Shown here piece after piece: positions 24,105 through 37,970 of a stretch of DNA of 64,000 bases. Position 1 is the first letter of the stretch. Every line of letters starts with the position of its first letter. Origin of the DNA: Eledone cirrhosa. Its lineage: Eukaryota. The notes below the pieces were generated by a model. That model saw only the letters and a list, made by a program, of their open reading frames with translations. It was not told where the DNA came from and made no database searches. The stretch spans positions 210,118,001 to 210,182,000 of the forward strand of contig OZ024742.1 of NCBI GenBank assembly GCA_964016885.1. The letters are read 5' to 3'. Position numbers and translations under genes: made by a program.

Positions 24105-24108
<4 letters not shown>
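22718..24108 (+). mobile_element. 5'-truncated Penelope-like element, Naiad-like (RT C-terminus, GIY-YIG, 3' pLTR region)
   Basis: TIDYPSKHPNSRLPVLD..KPMASKYLILKNSAL..RMQFSGY..PLYRSK*W..CTNRKCIIC..CKTRNVVYSIRC..YIGETARSIGE..RQIREA..LNRTNEW, ending ~23782; one stop and a frameshift; ends in (TA)n. Confidence 0.88.
23865..23918 (+). ncRNA. Minimal type-I hammerhead ribozyme in PLE 3' region
   Basis: CTGACGA-T-GTTGCA(GATG)TGCAAC-GAAA-G(AA)C-TT; stem I ATAG-C-ACCA / TGTT-AGT-CTAT with one mismatch. Confidence 0.75.
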
Positions 24109-24174
<66 letters not shown>

Positions 24175-25619
24175 TTTATATAGATAAATACCGGATAATA
24201 CTTACATAAATTATTATGTAATCATTGATATAATATTAAATGCTGACAGGGACACCTGATAAAATAGCATTCACTCAAATCTAACAATCTGAGAGGACCT
24301 ACAATAGTACTTCCGGGACTAAAAATGTTTTTTTGTTTGATTTTTTTCTTCTTTTTTTTTTAGTCAATTATCGATATTTCAGAAATGAACCCTACAAATG
24401 AATGATTTTATTTTACACGTAGTTCACTGATCTCATCAAAAGCTAAACAAATAGCAACTGGTGCAACGATTAACCACACTCCCATCGACTCAAAAGAAAT
24501 AGTTGAGAGGTTAAAAAAACAATTACTGACATTTGCTATAAGAGTTCACAGTAATGACTAATTAATGGTTTCTGATTTGGGCACAAGGCCAGCAATTTTT
24601 TTTTTGGGGGGGGGGGGGGAGAAAATCGATTAAATCGACCCTAGTGCATTACTGGTGCTTTATTTTATCAACCTCGTAAGGATGAAAGGCAAAGCTAACC
24701 TCGGAGGGATTTGAACTCAGAACGTAGAGGTCCTTAATTAGAAGCCATCTGCTGAAGCCGTGAGAAGCCATCTGCTGAAACTCGTACATCTTCATCATCA
24801 TCATCAATATCATATCATATATTCAGTTAAGTGGTGGTTAAAAATTAATATTAATAAATTTAAAATACTCCCAAAATTAAGAAAATATTGTTAGCATTAA
24901 TGATATATATTTTCAAGAGTGCAGAAAAGCAACTTCAAAATTCAAATAGATGAAAAAATAAGAGATCATATTCAGTGAAGATTTGTCTGATCTTTTTTGT
25001 TATAGTGAAAACTCCGTTTTGGTCCTCATATTAGACCACCTCACCGAAATATAGTCTTACTCGTACGAACCAGACCACAGAGCGACTTAATTAACATCTC
25101 TCTCCCTCTCTCTTTCTTTTCTCTCTCTCTCTCTCTAATCAAAATAAAAGACCAACACATTTAAATATATTACTCATTACACACACAGCACATTGCCAGT
25201 AATAGAGTTCGAACATAGAGACCAACATCTTATCCAAGCCGATGAGAGAGTCATTACGTAATCGTTCGACTTCCTAGGAATACCAACCAAATCTTGTTTA
25301 AACCACACTCTACCATGTTACAAAAGGAGACCTAAAGTATCTAAAGAACAAAAACAAATGAGTAGAAGATAATTACACTGTAGTGAAAAAGCGGAGAGTT
25401 AACATATTGAATAATTGCTTCTACTTTTGGCACAAGGCCAGCAATTACCCTAGTGCATTACAGGTGCTTTACTTTATCGACCCCGTAAGAATGAAAGGCA
25501 AAGTTAACCTCGACGGGATTTGAACTCAGGGCGTAAAGGACCATTACTCTGTGCCGCGAAGGATGGTGTCCGACGCTCTACCGATACTGCAAATCCACCG
25601 CCAACGTCGATTAGAATGT

Positions 25620-27390
25620 AATATATCTAATAAACTTTATTTCGTCAAATATCTGAAAATATATATTAGATGGTCATAGTTGGATTCCATACAAACAAAA
25701 ATATATTTGTACCCTCAGAAACTAATATCTATAAAATTGAACAGCTGCCCTAGCATAAATTTCTCTCAAACTAATGATAACACAAAGACTAGCTTCTTAA
25801 CTCTATATAATTTTAATGCTGAGGCAAAAGATTTTACAATTGAATTAGAAATTGAAAACATTATGGAATCTTTAACGTTGTAAAACTCGAACATCATTTT
25901 TAAGGGTCATAAATCTGATTTTGCAAGTAAGGTTTATCAACCCAAGCAAAATTGACATTGGAATATTTCAACTAGTCTATCATCCGTAAATGGTTGCCTA
26001 AAACAATATATCTTCTTATTTATCTCTTTAAAACAATTCCAATACAATTATCACGTGGTTTGAATCCATAAATAACAAAGAAAATTGCAATTCGATATAC
26101 AAAACGATTACCTGTCAATTTCAGAACCTCTATTAATGGATGTATAGAATTTCACAAAGACCTTTTCACATATCACTAATTCAAAAGCAGAAAAAAACTT
26201 ATTACTTCATAACAATAGCATATCTTTAGAGCAATTTCAATACAGTAATCACCTATTAAGAAATGCTCGAACGTTCCGTTTGGCCGTAGTATGAGAGCAA
26301 AGAATTCAGCAAATGTAAGCGATATCGTTGCACTGTATATCCTTCATCGCTTACATACCAATGCACTTATTTTCAGATATTTATACAAGGACAACGGACT
26401 TCTTATTCTTGGTAGCATAAATATACAGCGTATCGGTAGGTAGGACATGATATCATTTTTACTGAATTCAACTTAAAAATAACAGTAGAAACTCATCTGA
26501 AAATATAAACTACAAAACTAACTTGATATTAGGTTTAATTTACAGAAAATCAGACGAGTCGATATATTACATATATACATCCTCCAATACTCTTAATATT
26601 TTATCTAATCTAGTCAAAAACTTCTCCCACTTCATATCCAACCTATCTTCCGGCAATGCTTCGAAGTATTACAATACAACATTAATACATATTGAAGCAC
26701 TGAAACGGTATCACATGGTAATAACACGTCTTTGAACCGTAAAGTTTTCACCCGTAGAGTTACCACCCGTAGCGCCAAACTTTTCTTTAAACTCTCCTAG
26801 AAACCCCTTGGCTCAAATATTATAAATTTTAAAATAAGAATACTAAAAACGTTTTCTATTTGGCCACACCAAATCTTTTTCTGTCATTATCGAATATGAA
26901 CCATGCCAACCCTGGAAGTTTGTCTAATACCCAAAACGTACGACCTTGCAACCGTATACACCCCTCTGAATGTTTACTCGACCTTAGCTGCACCACCAAA
27001 AGGGCAACAATGAATATGGACAATACGTCAAAATCTCGTATTGGAATAATCACTGAGAAAGTACCATTTACTTATTTCGATCCAAATAAAAATAACAGCA
27101 ATAAGGATAACAACTACAATAAGACATGGTAGAATGAAGAACTAAAACAACTAAAACGAGAAATGACTCAATCATTAAAAACATGGAAATACCTATCAAA
27201 AGATTCCAATTATGAAAAATATAAAGGACTAAAGAAATAGTTTAAAAGGCAAATAAAACAAGCCAAATATGATTTCTGGTCTAGCAAAGCTGGCCTGGAG
27301 TCCATGGGTGCTATATGGAGCATATACAACTCAATGATCAAACTCAAACCCCACAAAACAAAGCAGTAGTACAAGTCTGATTCTTGTCTC
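25620..27390 (+). pseudogene. Highly degraded APE-type LINE remnant
   Basis: LILGLIYRK (APE-like) near 26523; linker KTW*NEELKQLKRE..WK..YEKYK..FKRQIKQAKYDFW at 27120-27280; many stops. Confidence 0.5.
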
Positions 27391-30303
27391 ACTGGCTCTT
27401 TTTGATTACCAACTGTAAGGAGTACTCGATACTTCTCCTAGTCTGGCATGGCTTACTAGCTCTATACGGACGTTTAAATTGATTAAATAATTAAATATAC
27501 GTTAATTTGTTCTGAAAAGAATATATACAACATAGAAACACTTTCCGAAACTAACGTAGAAGAACCAATACTATCTTATCCGGTTACATATGAGTCTTTG
27601 AAAATAAAGAAGTAAATTATAACATTAAATCGAAAGTGGTTTGTTTCGCAAACCATGCAAGCATTAACACAGGCTATGTTCACTTTGTACACTTGAGGTG
27701 TATAAAAAAAAATGCCTCTGTCTTGTGAAAGGAATAGTAGCAACAAAAATTCTGAACTAATTTCTAGCTGTATAGATAAACAGCTAAAATGTTTTGGGCT
27801 GTTAATATTCATATATATTCAATAGTAATATTAAATAGTTACAAGCTGTTATAGTACCGATGTAGGTTTGCTTTATCAATACGAATAGAAATATAAAGAA
27901 CCTTCATTGTTAATTGTAAGACTTATCGTTAACATTAATCCTTTTCTTAACATTAGTTAATTCTTTCAATATTGCATTGAAATGCAATATATCAGTTTAT
28001 TATCTTTAAAAAAAAAACATGTCTATACAGAATGAGCATAAAGTATTTCCCTTTTTGTTTCATAGATGCCATTTTTTACTGAAAATACAACTACTTTCGG
28101 TAGAAAGAAAATGTAAAAATTGTTCAGGAAAACTTGAAATTTATAAATTAAAACAATGAAAAAGCAAAATCTCAAATAGTATCTGAGATATGGTATTTTA
28201 TAATCAGGGGAAGACTTTTCAATAAATTTAAATCTTGACATTTGTTTTAAAATGAATGACTTTAAAAAGTAGAATCTAAATTTCCACTTTAAATGTAATC
28301 CATTATCAGTACACCAAACACATTTATATTAATTTTTTTTAACGATCGACAAGTATCCTATTTCATTTGCTTACCGATTTGGGTGGAGCTCTTCAAATCG
28401 AACCAAAGAAACAAGGTTTTGAACCTACGTAATTTATTATTGAATTTAGAAAATAAATCCACTGTTGAACGTAACATTCCTCGAATTATTACCATTATGT
28501 ATTAGTTTAATTCAAAGATTTGCAACTGAAGGCTAAACACATATCATGAAACCATTTCTTGATATAATATTAAAGATATTCTTAATCCGAATTTTAATTT
28601 TTCTCTGTATTTTTACCGTATTTTATTTAAACATCTATTTTATAATATATCTTCTCGAAGATATCTATGTAGTATAATTCATTCGATATTTCTCGGCCAG
28701 GATTTTAACATATTACTCAATTTTTAACTTTCTATGTCCAAATTCCAACTTTGTTGGCTTCGAATTTAAATCTTAAATTTCACTATTAACACTTAATCAG
28801 TTTGAAGCAATGTGTCAGCTTTAAACCCATGCGTTTTATAACCGAAAACCAAGTTGAATAATTGACAAATGCAACGTCACAAATCTAACTCAGCTAAATG
28901 CTTCATACTAAATAAACTGTGTACTAACTGCTGATTATACTATAATTCAGACAACTGACACTTCCCCAGCGGCTTTTTGTAAAGCCCAAAGTCACGCGTT
29001 CCAATTAATTTCTTATATTAGTATATTTTTTTAGAACATCTCGACTTGTAATTGTTGTGTCTTTATATATTTCTCATATAATTTTATTTAATTTTATCTT
29101 ATTTTATATTATTCCTTTTATTTTATATGTAATTACTTTCATATTTTTTAAAACGCTAATTACTTTCGCCCCCTCAACTTCTGCAATACTTTTCCGCCGG
29201 GGCCACGGGGTGGCCAGCGCATGGGCCCCCCATTTGCTCATAATAGTGATGGGGAGAGCGAGAGAGACGGAGGCAGCAACAGTGGGAGTTTGGTTCCTTT
29301 GTGTGCGGACCTGGTGTATATGTATATGTTTCACAGACACACACTCGCTTTTACAAATAGTCTTTATCACAATTTTGACAATTCGCCAGAGGAAACGGCT
29401 ATAAATCGTAACTTTGAAATATCTATTTAACTTGCTTAGCTTTCAAAATTGAATCCTTCATAATTGACGAATGTAAGTACAATGGTGCAATATTAAAGTA
29501 TATATTGTCTATGTTAGCGATGCCACCAAAACAACGTAGTTCAAAATAAAGGCGTATATAGCCTTATACATTGTGATTATGTATAATAAACATACATATA
29601 CTCTCGTTGTGGATATTTAAAACTGTGAATGCATCACAGCCACTTCAATATATGTGTGAGAGCGTTGGATATGTATTTCAGAAATTATTATTTCTTTATC
29701 AGTAGACGCTTATTCACTTTGAGATACCGGGGTAACAGAAGCACATATCTTTTTCTATAGGTTTTTAGCGCTTGAGTAGTATTTTGCCTATGTTCTTTCA
29801 GAGGGTATGAGTTTCAAAACAATGTCAGAAAAAATAAATAAATTGATTTTGCGATTCAGTTGATATAATTTGCTTGCAACTTTCATCATCTTCCTTGGCT
29901 TCCTTTGATCTTCCTGACTTGAGGCTCAAGTATAGAATCCCATAGAAAATACGAGATAAAAATATTTATTCAGTAACCAAATATCTCCCTTGGAACAGAT
30001 TTTTAAATTTTATTTGGTACCTTAAAGTTGAATCTATATGATGTTCTGTTGGCTTGAGCTCTTTTTGTTGTTCTTGTTTCACTCCAAATGAGCTTCGATC
30101 GAACAAACCTATAATCAAGGAAAATCTAACAGTTGTTATCCCACTTTTGTTTCTTAAACGGTATATATAGACAGTATTATCCAATATGTCCTTTTACCAC
30201 GGAAATGTCTTATTTTCATATTTGTGTGATTCGACGACGACATAGATGGAAATTCTTTGAACCGGGGATTGAATGCGCATGAACGGAAATAGTCACATAA
30301 TCA

Positions 30304-30570
30304 ATCTTCTTCTTCGTCCACTTATTCCTGAGATGCCGTGGGGACAGAGGTCTCAAATATACCTGCCAGAAGCAACGACCTCCAACTGATCCGGCTGGAT
30401 CACCAAGCGAGACCAGCCAAGCTCATGGATGTTATCCAACCATCTTGCTCGGGGTTTACCCCTAGGTCTCCTGTCGGTTGATTTTGCTCGTAAAATCTGT
30501 CCAGCGATTCTTTCCTGAGACATTCTAACCACATACCCATAGTATCGAAGCTGTGATATCTCAATTCCAC
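30304..30570 (-). mobile_element. RTE-clade LINE 3' fragment with (GAA)n tail
   Basis: Minus strand IEISQLRYYGYVVRMSQER..RRPRGKPRARWLDNI; short GAA tail. Confidence 0.8.
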
Positions 30571-31763
30571 ATAATCGACGATGTTATATATAACTTCTTG
30601 GAACTAAAACATCACATAATCAATGATATTTCAAATACAAGAAGTTATATATACATTTAGAAAGAGAGAAATAAAAACATTGTTTGTTAAGTTATGTTCT
30701 TTAAGTTGATCGTGATTATTTGTCATATTATTATGCCCTGTTCAAAAACAGGATATTGCCTATAGTACATTCAACTATAAGTCAAGAGATATATTTCCAC
30801 TTGTGTCATCTTTGTATACAGTTAAATCAATATTTTGATGCAGTTGCTAATATCACGTATATTTGCAATAAAAGTCATTGCCCACACTTAAGTGTAGGTG
30901 AATAAAAATAAAATGAACGTATTTTTCATTTGATCTTAATGAAACATATACGTTCATTTCAGTAAAGCTGGTTTTTCATGGTTAAGCTGAAAGCTGGCAA
31001 ACACACAATACTATTTTAGCAGTATAGATAACTTGCAATATTTTAAAAGTTTGCTTTCTTTTAAGTTATATTTTATATTATTACAGTACGTGGCATGGAG
31101 TCTGTGCTGGATTGAAACACTACTGCGTTTAAATTTTATCTTTTTGTCAGTTTTCCTTTTTTTTTCACATATTTTTGCATTCCTTGCAGTTTATTTGGGA
31201 CATTAAAGTTCCTAAGCCACGGTTGGTGTTTCTACACCTTCATAGTCACATCTTCAGCATGAAGTAATACTGGTGTGTGTAGCTTCCTTGTACCAACATT
31301 GTAGGAAGAAACAGACTAAATAGTAAGGGCAGAGAGAGAAAAGAACGATAGCAATGGGTAGGCAAGGAGTTAGAATGACTGTAAAGAAGGAAAGCGAGAA
31401 ATGGAGAATAAGAGAGGGGGAATCAGTAAGGGAAATGAAGTGTGAAGATTAGAAGTGAGAAAGAAAGTGGAGATAAGAGGTGGATGTGGAAGAGAGGGAG
31501 AGGCAGGAAGTTTGAAGAGTGAATGTGAGACAGAACTTTTAAAAGGAAGATTGATAACACGTAGCAAAGGTTTTGTCAATCTATATCTAAATGATTTTGA
31601 ATTTGTTTTCTCTGAATTAAACAAAGGCTTCAAAATCTTTCTGTTCCTTGAATATCCCTCTGTTCTGATATCCACAAACGCTAGATACAATGTCAATTTA
31701 TAGTAATATGGTGTTTATGTGTGCATACATACATCTATAAGTATGTATATAGAAAGGTTAAAA

Positions 31764-31974
31764 CACTGGGTGACCACAAAAACACTCCTTAATTTCAAAT
31801 ACTTATATCATCAAAACTTAAATGAATATTCTTACAATATGGCTTCAGTTGCATAAACTAACAATGTTTCTGTCCTCGTTTGCAGAATTGTTTCGATTCG
31901 CTAGATGGCAGTTTAATTCAAGATGACGTTCACTCCACAGCACTCGTAGCTAGTGTTTTTGTGGTCACCCTGTG
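31764..31974. mobile_element. Tc1/mariner-like MITE with 23-bp TIRs
   Basis: CACTGGGTGACCACAAAAACACT / AGTGTTTTTGTGGTCACCCTGTG (one mismatch); TA on the right flank. Confidence 0.85.
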
Positions 31975-32064
31975 TATTTAAACACACATGCACTTTAAAA
32001 ACATTAATAATACGAAAGACTTTGAGAAATCAATTCTATTTGCCATCATTTTCATGGTTTCACT

Positions 32065-32167
<103 letters not shown>

Positions 32168-32171
32168 TTCA

Positions 32172-33095
32172 CGTCGCTCCTGAGTGCTACTGGTAACCCA
32201 GTACAACCTGCCATATGGTTGGCGTCGGCAACTAAACCGACAACCCCACCAAGCTGGCTTGGTGAGGAGGGTAATTCGACACACTGCAGGATGAAAAACA
32301 AGACCTGACAAAGGGTGGAGGAACTCATGAGAGTCAACGGCCATCCAACAGTATGTATATATGTATATATTATGTGGTTGTGTAAATGTGTATGTGGTTA
32401 TTCGCATGTGCGTGTGTATTTCAATTATATTTTTTTAACGTTTAAACTTTTAAACATTTATAATTTTTTTTTTATTTCATTTTATCTTATCTAACTATTT
32501 TACCTGTTTATTATTTATCTGGTAAAGCCTATGGCTGCGGCAGCTACCTTTTTTTATTGAGAGGACACTGAAAAACTTGCGGTTGATACAGTTACTGATC
32601 ATCTTGCATCTGCTTGTCATTAGATTCTGGACGTTTATACTTAGTGAACTGCGTGTGTGTAGCACAAGCACATGTTGCTTTGATCTCCTTGTGCAGATAT
32701 CTCTTCAAAGTCTTGTGGCGATGGGGAAGAAGCGACGTATAAAAACCTAACGAGTTGGAAGTATGCAGTTGCTTATTTACACACAAACGGCTTAAGGCTT
32801 ATCTAACGTTGTTGCCAGTTTTCGGAATAGGAACTGGTCTTTTGTGATTAAGCAGCCCTTTGAAGGGAGAACACTTCTCACCTAAATCTTGGGAGAGGTC
32901 TAGAAAAGGTGACCCAAAAATTGTCTGTTCCGCCATCAAGCTGGTCAGCAACCTGCGACTGACGGCTTTTCATACCGACAGGAAAAACAAGAAGAATAGT
33001 CATTTTCAAAAGAATAGAATTGCAATGAATGTTGCTGCATGGAATGTAAGAACACTCCTTGACAGGAAACCATCCACAAATGCTCCAGGTAGAGC
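32172..33095 (+). mobile_element. 5' end of an RTE-clade LINE (leader plus start of APE)
   Basis: ~180-bp leader homologous to 40435-40600; MNVAAWNVRTLLDR at ~33025-33066; preceded by (TG)n 32087-32160. Confidence 0.7.
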
Positions 33096-33879
33096 CATTA
33101 CTTCTCCGAATTGATAAGAACAATGTAATGTGGATAATGCTAGCTGGCTGGATATTGAGGACACGTGTGTGTATGTGTGTGCGTGTGTGTGTGTGTTATG
33201 CTAATTCAGAGAAACGTGTTATGCTAATTGATAAGAACATACGTTTTCTTGTAATGTGGATAATGCTCTATCGCTGACTCGTACCGATATGTCCATCTGT
33301 ACTCAAGCAGGATTCGAAATCGAAACCAGTTTTCGTAGAACTGATATGTTTCTACTTCTCTGCCTATTTTCCTTCTGTTATTAAAGAAAAGGAGAGGAAG
33401 AAGAGTACATTTATGCAGGCTATTGAATCACTGAAATTTAATCTTAGTACCCTGACAAACCTCCTCGCAAACAACAAACTACATCCACTAATTAAACATG
33501 TAATAATGAATATAAACACTTGAAAGCAAATGCAAGCTAAATTTATTATGTTTGCTTCAGTTGTTTTGAGCATTATTTGAAATTTGACCTGTCGTAGCAT
33601 TGACGAGAAGTGTTAGGTTAGAATTCATAATGAATGGTGATGACGGCTGCTGTGTGATGGTGATTTTGTTGTTTTGTTCAGAATTCTTTACAAAATATTA
33701 CTTCTTCCATTTTAAAGCAAGCAGAAATATAAGACGAAGCAATCTTTGCATTGAAAGTATAAACGGTAACTATGTCCGAAACGTTCGACGTCAAAATTAT
33801 TTTTTTTTAAATAGATATAAATGAAGAAAATTATACATTATCATTAATTGCCTTATTGTCTTCCTTTATTGGGGCAGGA

Positions 33880-35100
33880 TAGGCCAGGGTAGAATAGGTA
33901 ATTTTCCTTTGCTTGCTATAGCGAAAGAGATAGCATAATTGACGCGACTGACCCCATCAACTTCTACAGGAATCATTTAGTAATGAAGGTTAGATGAAGG
34001 GGAATATGTTAATAAGAATGACGAACATGGCCTTGTTGAATTGGCCTAATTTCAATATGCTGATGTAAGCCGTTAACTGAGAATGGAAGAGGATGCTTGC
34101 CTTTGATAATCGAAGAAGTTTAAAATTTGAGCTGTGTTCTCTGATTAGCTCTTGGAGGCGGCATTTCCTATTGGGATCATTTCATTGTATACATTTCTTT
34201 GTGGCTGTGGCTGAAACTGTAAAACAACAGTTCTATCATTCTTTTAACAATAAAAAATCATAACCATCATTATCCACAGTGGATTGGCAGAGCGTCGGAC
34301 ACTATGCTTTGCAGCATAGAGTTATGACCCTATTCGTTCTGAGTTCAAATCCCGCCAAGGTTAGCTCTGCCTTTCATCCTTACGGGGTAGGTAAAATAAA
34401 GTACCAGTAATGCCTATGTCAAACAAATGTTGTCAGGTGGAGATCAGATCATGAAGATCGTACCGCTGCCCTTAACTCTAACCGGGAAGGGCAGACAGGG
34501 TTTTCTCTATCTGCGGGCTATGGCGAAATAGCTTGTGTGGTGGACGAGACTGAAAGGACTGAAGACAGACACACACCTCTGCGGTCAAGCTTTCGTCGAC
34601 CTTTTCAAATTTCACTTAAAAAAAGAATACGGGGATAGAGAGGGGGTACTCTTCTCTGGTAAATTTGTCCAGTGGGATTGCAGCGTTTAGCTAGATTTCT
34701 TTAATTTTTCAAACAGTGAAATTGATGAGGAATTTTTTTCACAAAAGAAGAGTTCATTTTAGCCAAGCAATTTACTACATGTAATCCCCACGTGCGAAAA
34801 CGTCTTTGACTATTCTAACCTAACATGACTGTTAAACTTTTCTGACCTTAACAACAAACGTCGCTCATTATCATTCCATCTCAAATCTTATACAAGTTGT
34901 GGACAATAACTCCCTTTACCACATTAAAGCCCTTTCATTCTTCAGTGACAACCAATATAGCTTTTGTAGAGCCAGAGCTATTGGCGATTGACTGTCACGT
35001 ACCAGTAAGAATTTCGGTGAAGGCGGTGATACTGCACTGGACACCAACAAAGCATTTAACCAACACTGGCTTATTAACCTCTTAGCTAAATTGCTCGCAT
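33880..35100 (-). pseudogene. Probable eroded Helitron Pif1-like helicase remnant
   Basis: Minus-strand motif traces in the expected order: CSITAFTEILTG (~35050, motif Ia-like), VFARGDYM (~34790, cf. LAGDFRQ), IPIG/MPP (~34165, cf. PSGMPPH), YAISFAIASK (~33920, cf. LAFAMTINK). Interrupted by a SINE-B. Confidence 0.4.
34443..34541 (+). ncRNA. Possible decayed hammerhead with branched stem II
   Basis: ATGAAGA (cf. CTGAAGA), TCGTA-CCGC..GCGG-GC-TATGG-C-GAAA-TAGCT; internal hairpins TGCCCTT/AAGGGCA and AGACAGGG/CTCTATCT; cleavage triplet not intact. Confidence 0.3.
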
Positions 35101-37204
35101 ATAGTCAATGTATGTTACGCTTTTCTTGAATCGGGAGCTTCCTGTCAGACTATACTGCGTGTCAACGAAGGTCTCCCAAACCCTCATTTTACTCAATCTG
35201 CAGTTTCTGTCTACCAAATCCCACTCACTCGTTGCTGTTTTTTTTATGATATCACTGTATTCGATCCTTCAGAGACATAAAGGCGAAAAGGAAGTGGGCT
35301 TCTATTTTTGTATAATTGTTCATGCGTAACCGGAATCTCGGATGGAAAATATTCCAGTTATGTGTATATAAGATATATGAACATTTCCACACAGTTTCCG
35401 TCTACAAAATGTCACTCCCGGTACATGGGTCAAGCCGAGATTATGGTGGAAGATATTTGCTGAAATTTACGTATCGTGAGATCGAACCTGGAACTACACA
35501 GTTACGAACGAACATCAACCATAAATTATTATTTTTATCATATTAATGTTTTTTTTTTCTATATTACATGCTAATATATGAGGGCTTATAACAAAATATT
35601 AATTTAATAAATTTGTTTATTCAACAAAGTTGGGCATTAGAACTGTTAATAAAGAAAACCCTGAAAACTGTCATCACTACTTATTGCAAAACAGGAATCG
35701 ACTATTTGGCTTCAACATCTTTCAAAGAAGATGTAATTAGTTATTCAATTGAGAATATATGCCATCTGAAATCTAAAATCATAAATGAAAATGTTGATCC
35801 ATAGAAATAACAATTTTTTATGAGCATGTTAATGTGGGTGTAAGAATTCAATATGATTTCTCATATTTCAATAAGATTCTTCATAGCGTCAGGTTTCTAA
35901 TTATCTTCTGAGAGCTCAATTAATTCCATCAGTGAATTATCTAACGTTTTGAAGACTGTGATTGAAAGGCAAGCTTCTTTCTTTCCTTCTTTTTGTGCGA
36001 GTTTATGCTTCTCAAAATCTACAAATTATTCGTTGTATTCTTCACTCTACAGTTTAAGAAATCTCTGTTCTTTCGTGTAGCATTTCGCTAATGATTTCAT
36101 TGTATTCAATCCATTAATTCCCCCTTTTGTTTTTGTTTTTTGCTTTGTTTTTGTTGTTTTTATTTTTCGCTTTACGAAAGTTTCGATCAAGTATGGAGAG
36201 TTTTAGAAAACGTCTACTTTTTCTGAAATAATGAATTTATATCCTTTTCACATGAATAAATGATTTGTTCTTTCTTCCAACCACACACCTGTCGTTAACT
36301 ACGGTTTAAATATAATTTTCTAGTTGTTACGTCTTTCTCATCCTGAGTTTTGAGTAGTAAAGGACATCTGGTATTTTCTTCCACTCGTGAGTTCATAGGC
36401 TGGCACTTGGTAAGTCCTCTGTCTATGTTGGCAGATTACATTGAGGTGATATTGTGGTATCCTCTCCAGAGCAAAATCTTGGGCCAGGTTGTATTGAAGA
36501 TCTGCAATTACCTATGCAGCAGGTTCCCTTCTCTACGCCGATATTGTCCGGGGGAAGAGCAAGGGCTGATACAAATTTCTACTAGAGGCGTCACAGGAGC
36601 TGCCAAAACAAAATCAGACTACCTTAGGGACTACACCTCCTGGTTTATAATCGATTAATTCTACCCCAATACTTGATTGGTAGTGGTACCCTTTTATCTT
36701 CCCAGAAACCTTCCTCAAACTACACCCTACTGTCTTTAAAAAAAGAGAGAAAACGTGCTAGATAGTGAAGATTCACTATGTTTCGATAAAAGTTGGAATG
36801 ATCATGACCAGAACATGAGCAGTAGGGCTGACCAAGAGACGAACAACAACAAAATATCGATTGATACAAATTAATGAGGGCATTTACCAATCTAGAACCT
36901 CCTTATGGTGCATGTTCTCCTCGGAATTACTCAAGATCTCCTTGGTCCAGCAAGGACCAACATTTGAGCAAGTTTCTTTGGTCAATGCTTATATGGAGAA
37001 AACTGAACTGTTTGCATGGAAGACTGTCGCAAGCATTCATGTAAAAATAATTCAGAAACCAAACTACATATCTCAGTTATAAACGGCTGATAAACCTCTT
37101 GTTTGGAATGTTCTAACTCATTTTCGATTATATATACACACGATGGAACCTCTATATAGTTGTTCGGCTAGCTAGAAATGACAGCCAAATATGTTCAAAT
37201 TACA

Positions 37205-37447
37205 TTAATGGAGTGAGAGAATGTATAGAGATGGGTATCGATAAATATAGAGTGGGGGGAGTATGGTAGTGAGAGGGAATGAGAAAAAGTGTTGTATGGT
37301 AGATATAGAGAGGGGGATAGTTTGGTGGTAATTGTTATAGAGAGGGGGAAAGAGTTCTTTGTAGTAGATATAGAGAGTGGGGAAGAGTTTGGTGTTAACT
37401 GATATAAAGAGGGGTATTAAGAGAGTAAGTTGTATGGTTGATGTAGA
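37205..37447 (+). repeat. GA-rich ~30-bp degenerate minisatellite of the CAGGGG-MITE long form
   Basis: GATATAGAGAGGGG..TTTGGTGGTAATTG units as at 1130-1830. Confidence 0.7.
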
Positions 37448-37693
37448 GAGAATATATAGTTTTCTCGTCTGTGTAAATGAGGTGATTAATCTCATTTGCA
37501 TATGAAGCTGTATAAGTTGGCTCAACTTATAGTAGAAATATGAAATACGAAATTCCAATACATATCTGTATGCAACTATGCCTGAAGCTAAATAGTAATT
37601 CTTTTCTATTATAAGTTGAGCCAACTTATACAGCTTCATATGAAAATGTAATTAATCACCTCATTTACACAGACAGGAAAAGCATATATTCTC
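37448..37693. repeat. Foldback with ~91-bp arms; spacer duplicated downstream
   Basis: Arms 37448-37538 and 37603-37693 are reverse complements; the 64-bp spacer recurs in direct orientation at 37872-37939. Confidence 0.92.
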
Positions 37694-37732
37694 GCCTGTT
37701 ATCAAAGTCCAGCAGTTACAATAATGGGAGGG

Positions 37733-37778
37733 AACGTGCTGATGAAAACCAGTTCAGTTCGAAATGCGCACCTACGAT
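37733..37778 (+). ncRNA. Decayed minimal type-I hammerhead ribozyme
   Basis: AACGTG-CTGATGA-AAAC(CAGTTCA)GTTC-GAAA-TGCGCA-CC-TACGAT; palindromic stem III; two transitions from canonical (G10.1>A, U16.1>C). Confidence 0.65.
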
Positions 37779-37938
37779 TGTCCCCCTTGCTTCTGCCAGA
37801 CGGCGTTAGTCGCTGGTGTTTTAGCATAGCTACGGCTCTCCAAATGTTTATTTTAAACATACCGTATTCTTCTGAAATACGAAATTATAATACATATCTG
37901 TGTACACCTATGCCTGAAACTAAATTGTAATTCTTTGC

Positions 37939-37970
<32 letters not shown>

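Noticed and set aside
29185-29235. GC-rich hairpin as a Helitron/Helentron terminus
   Set aside because: No CTRR end or subterminal inverted repeats identified.
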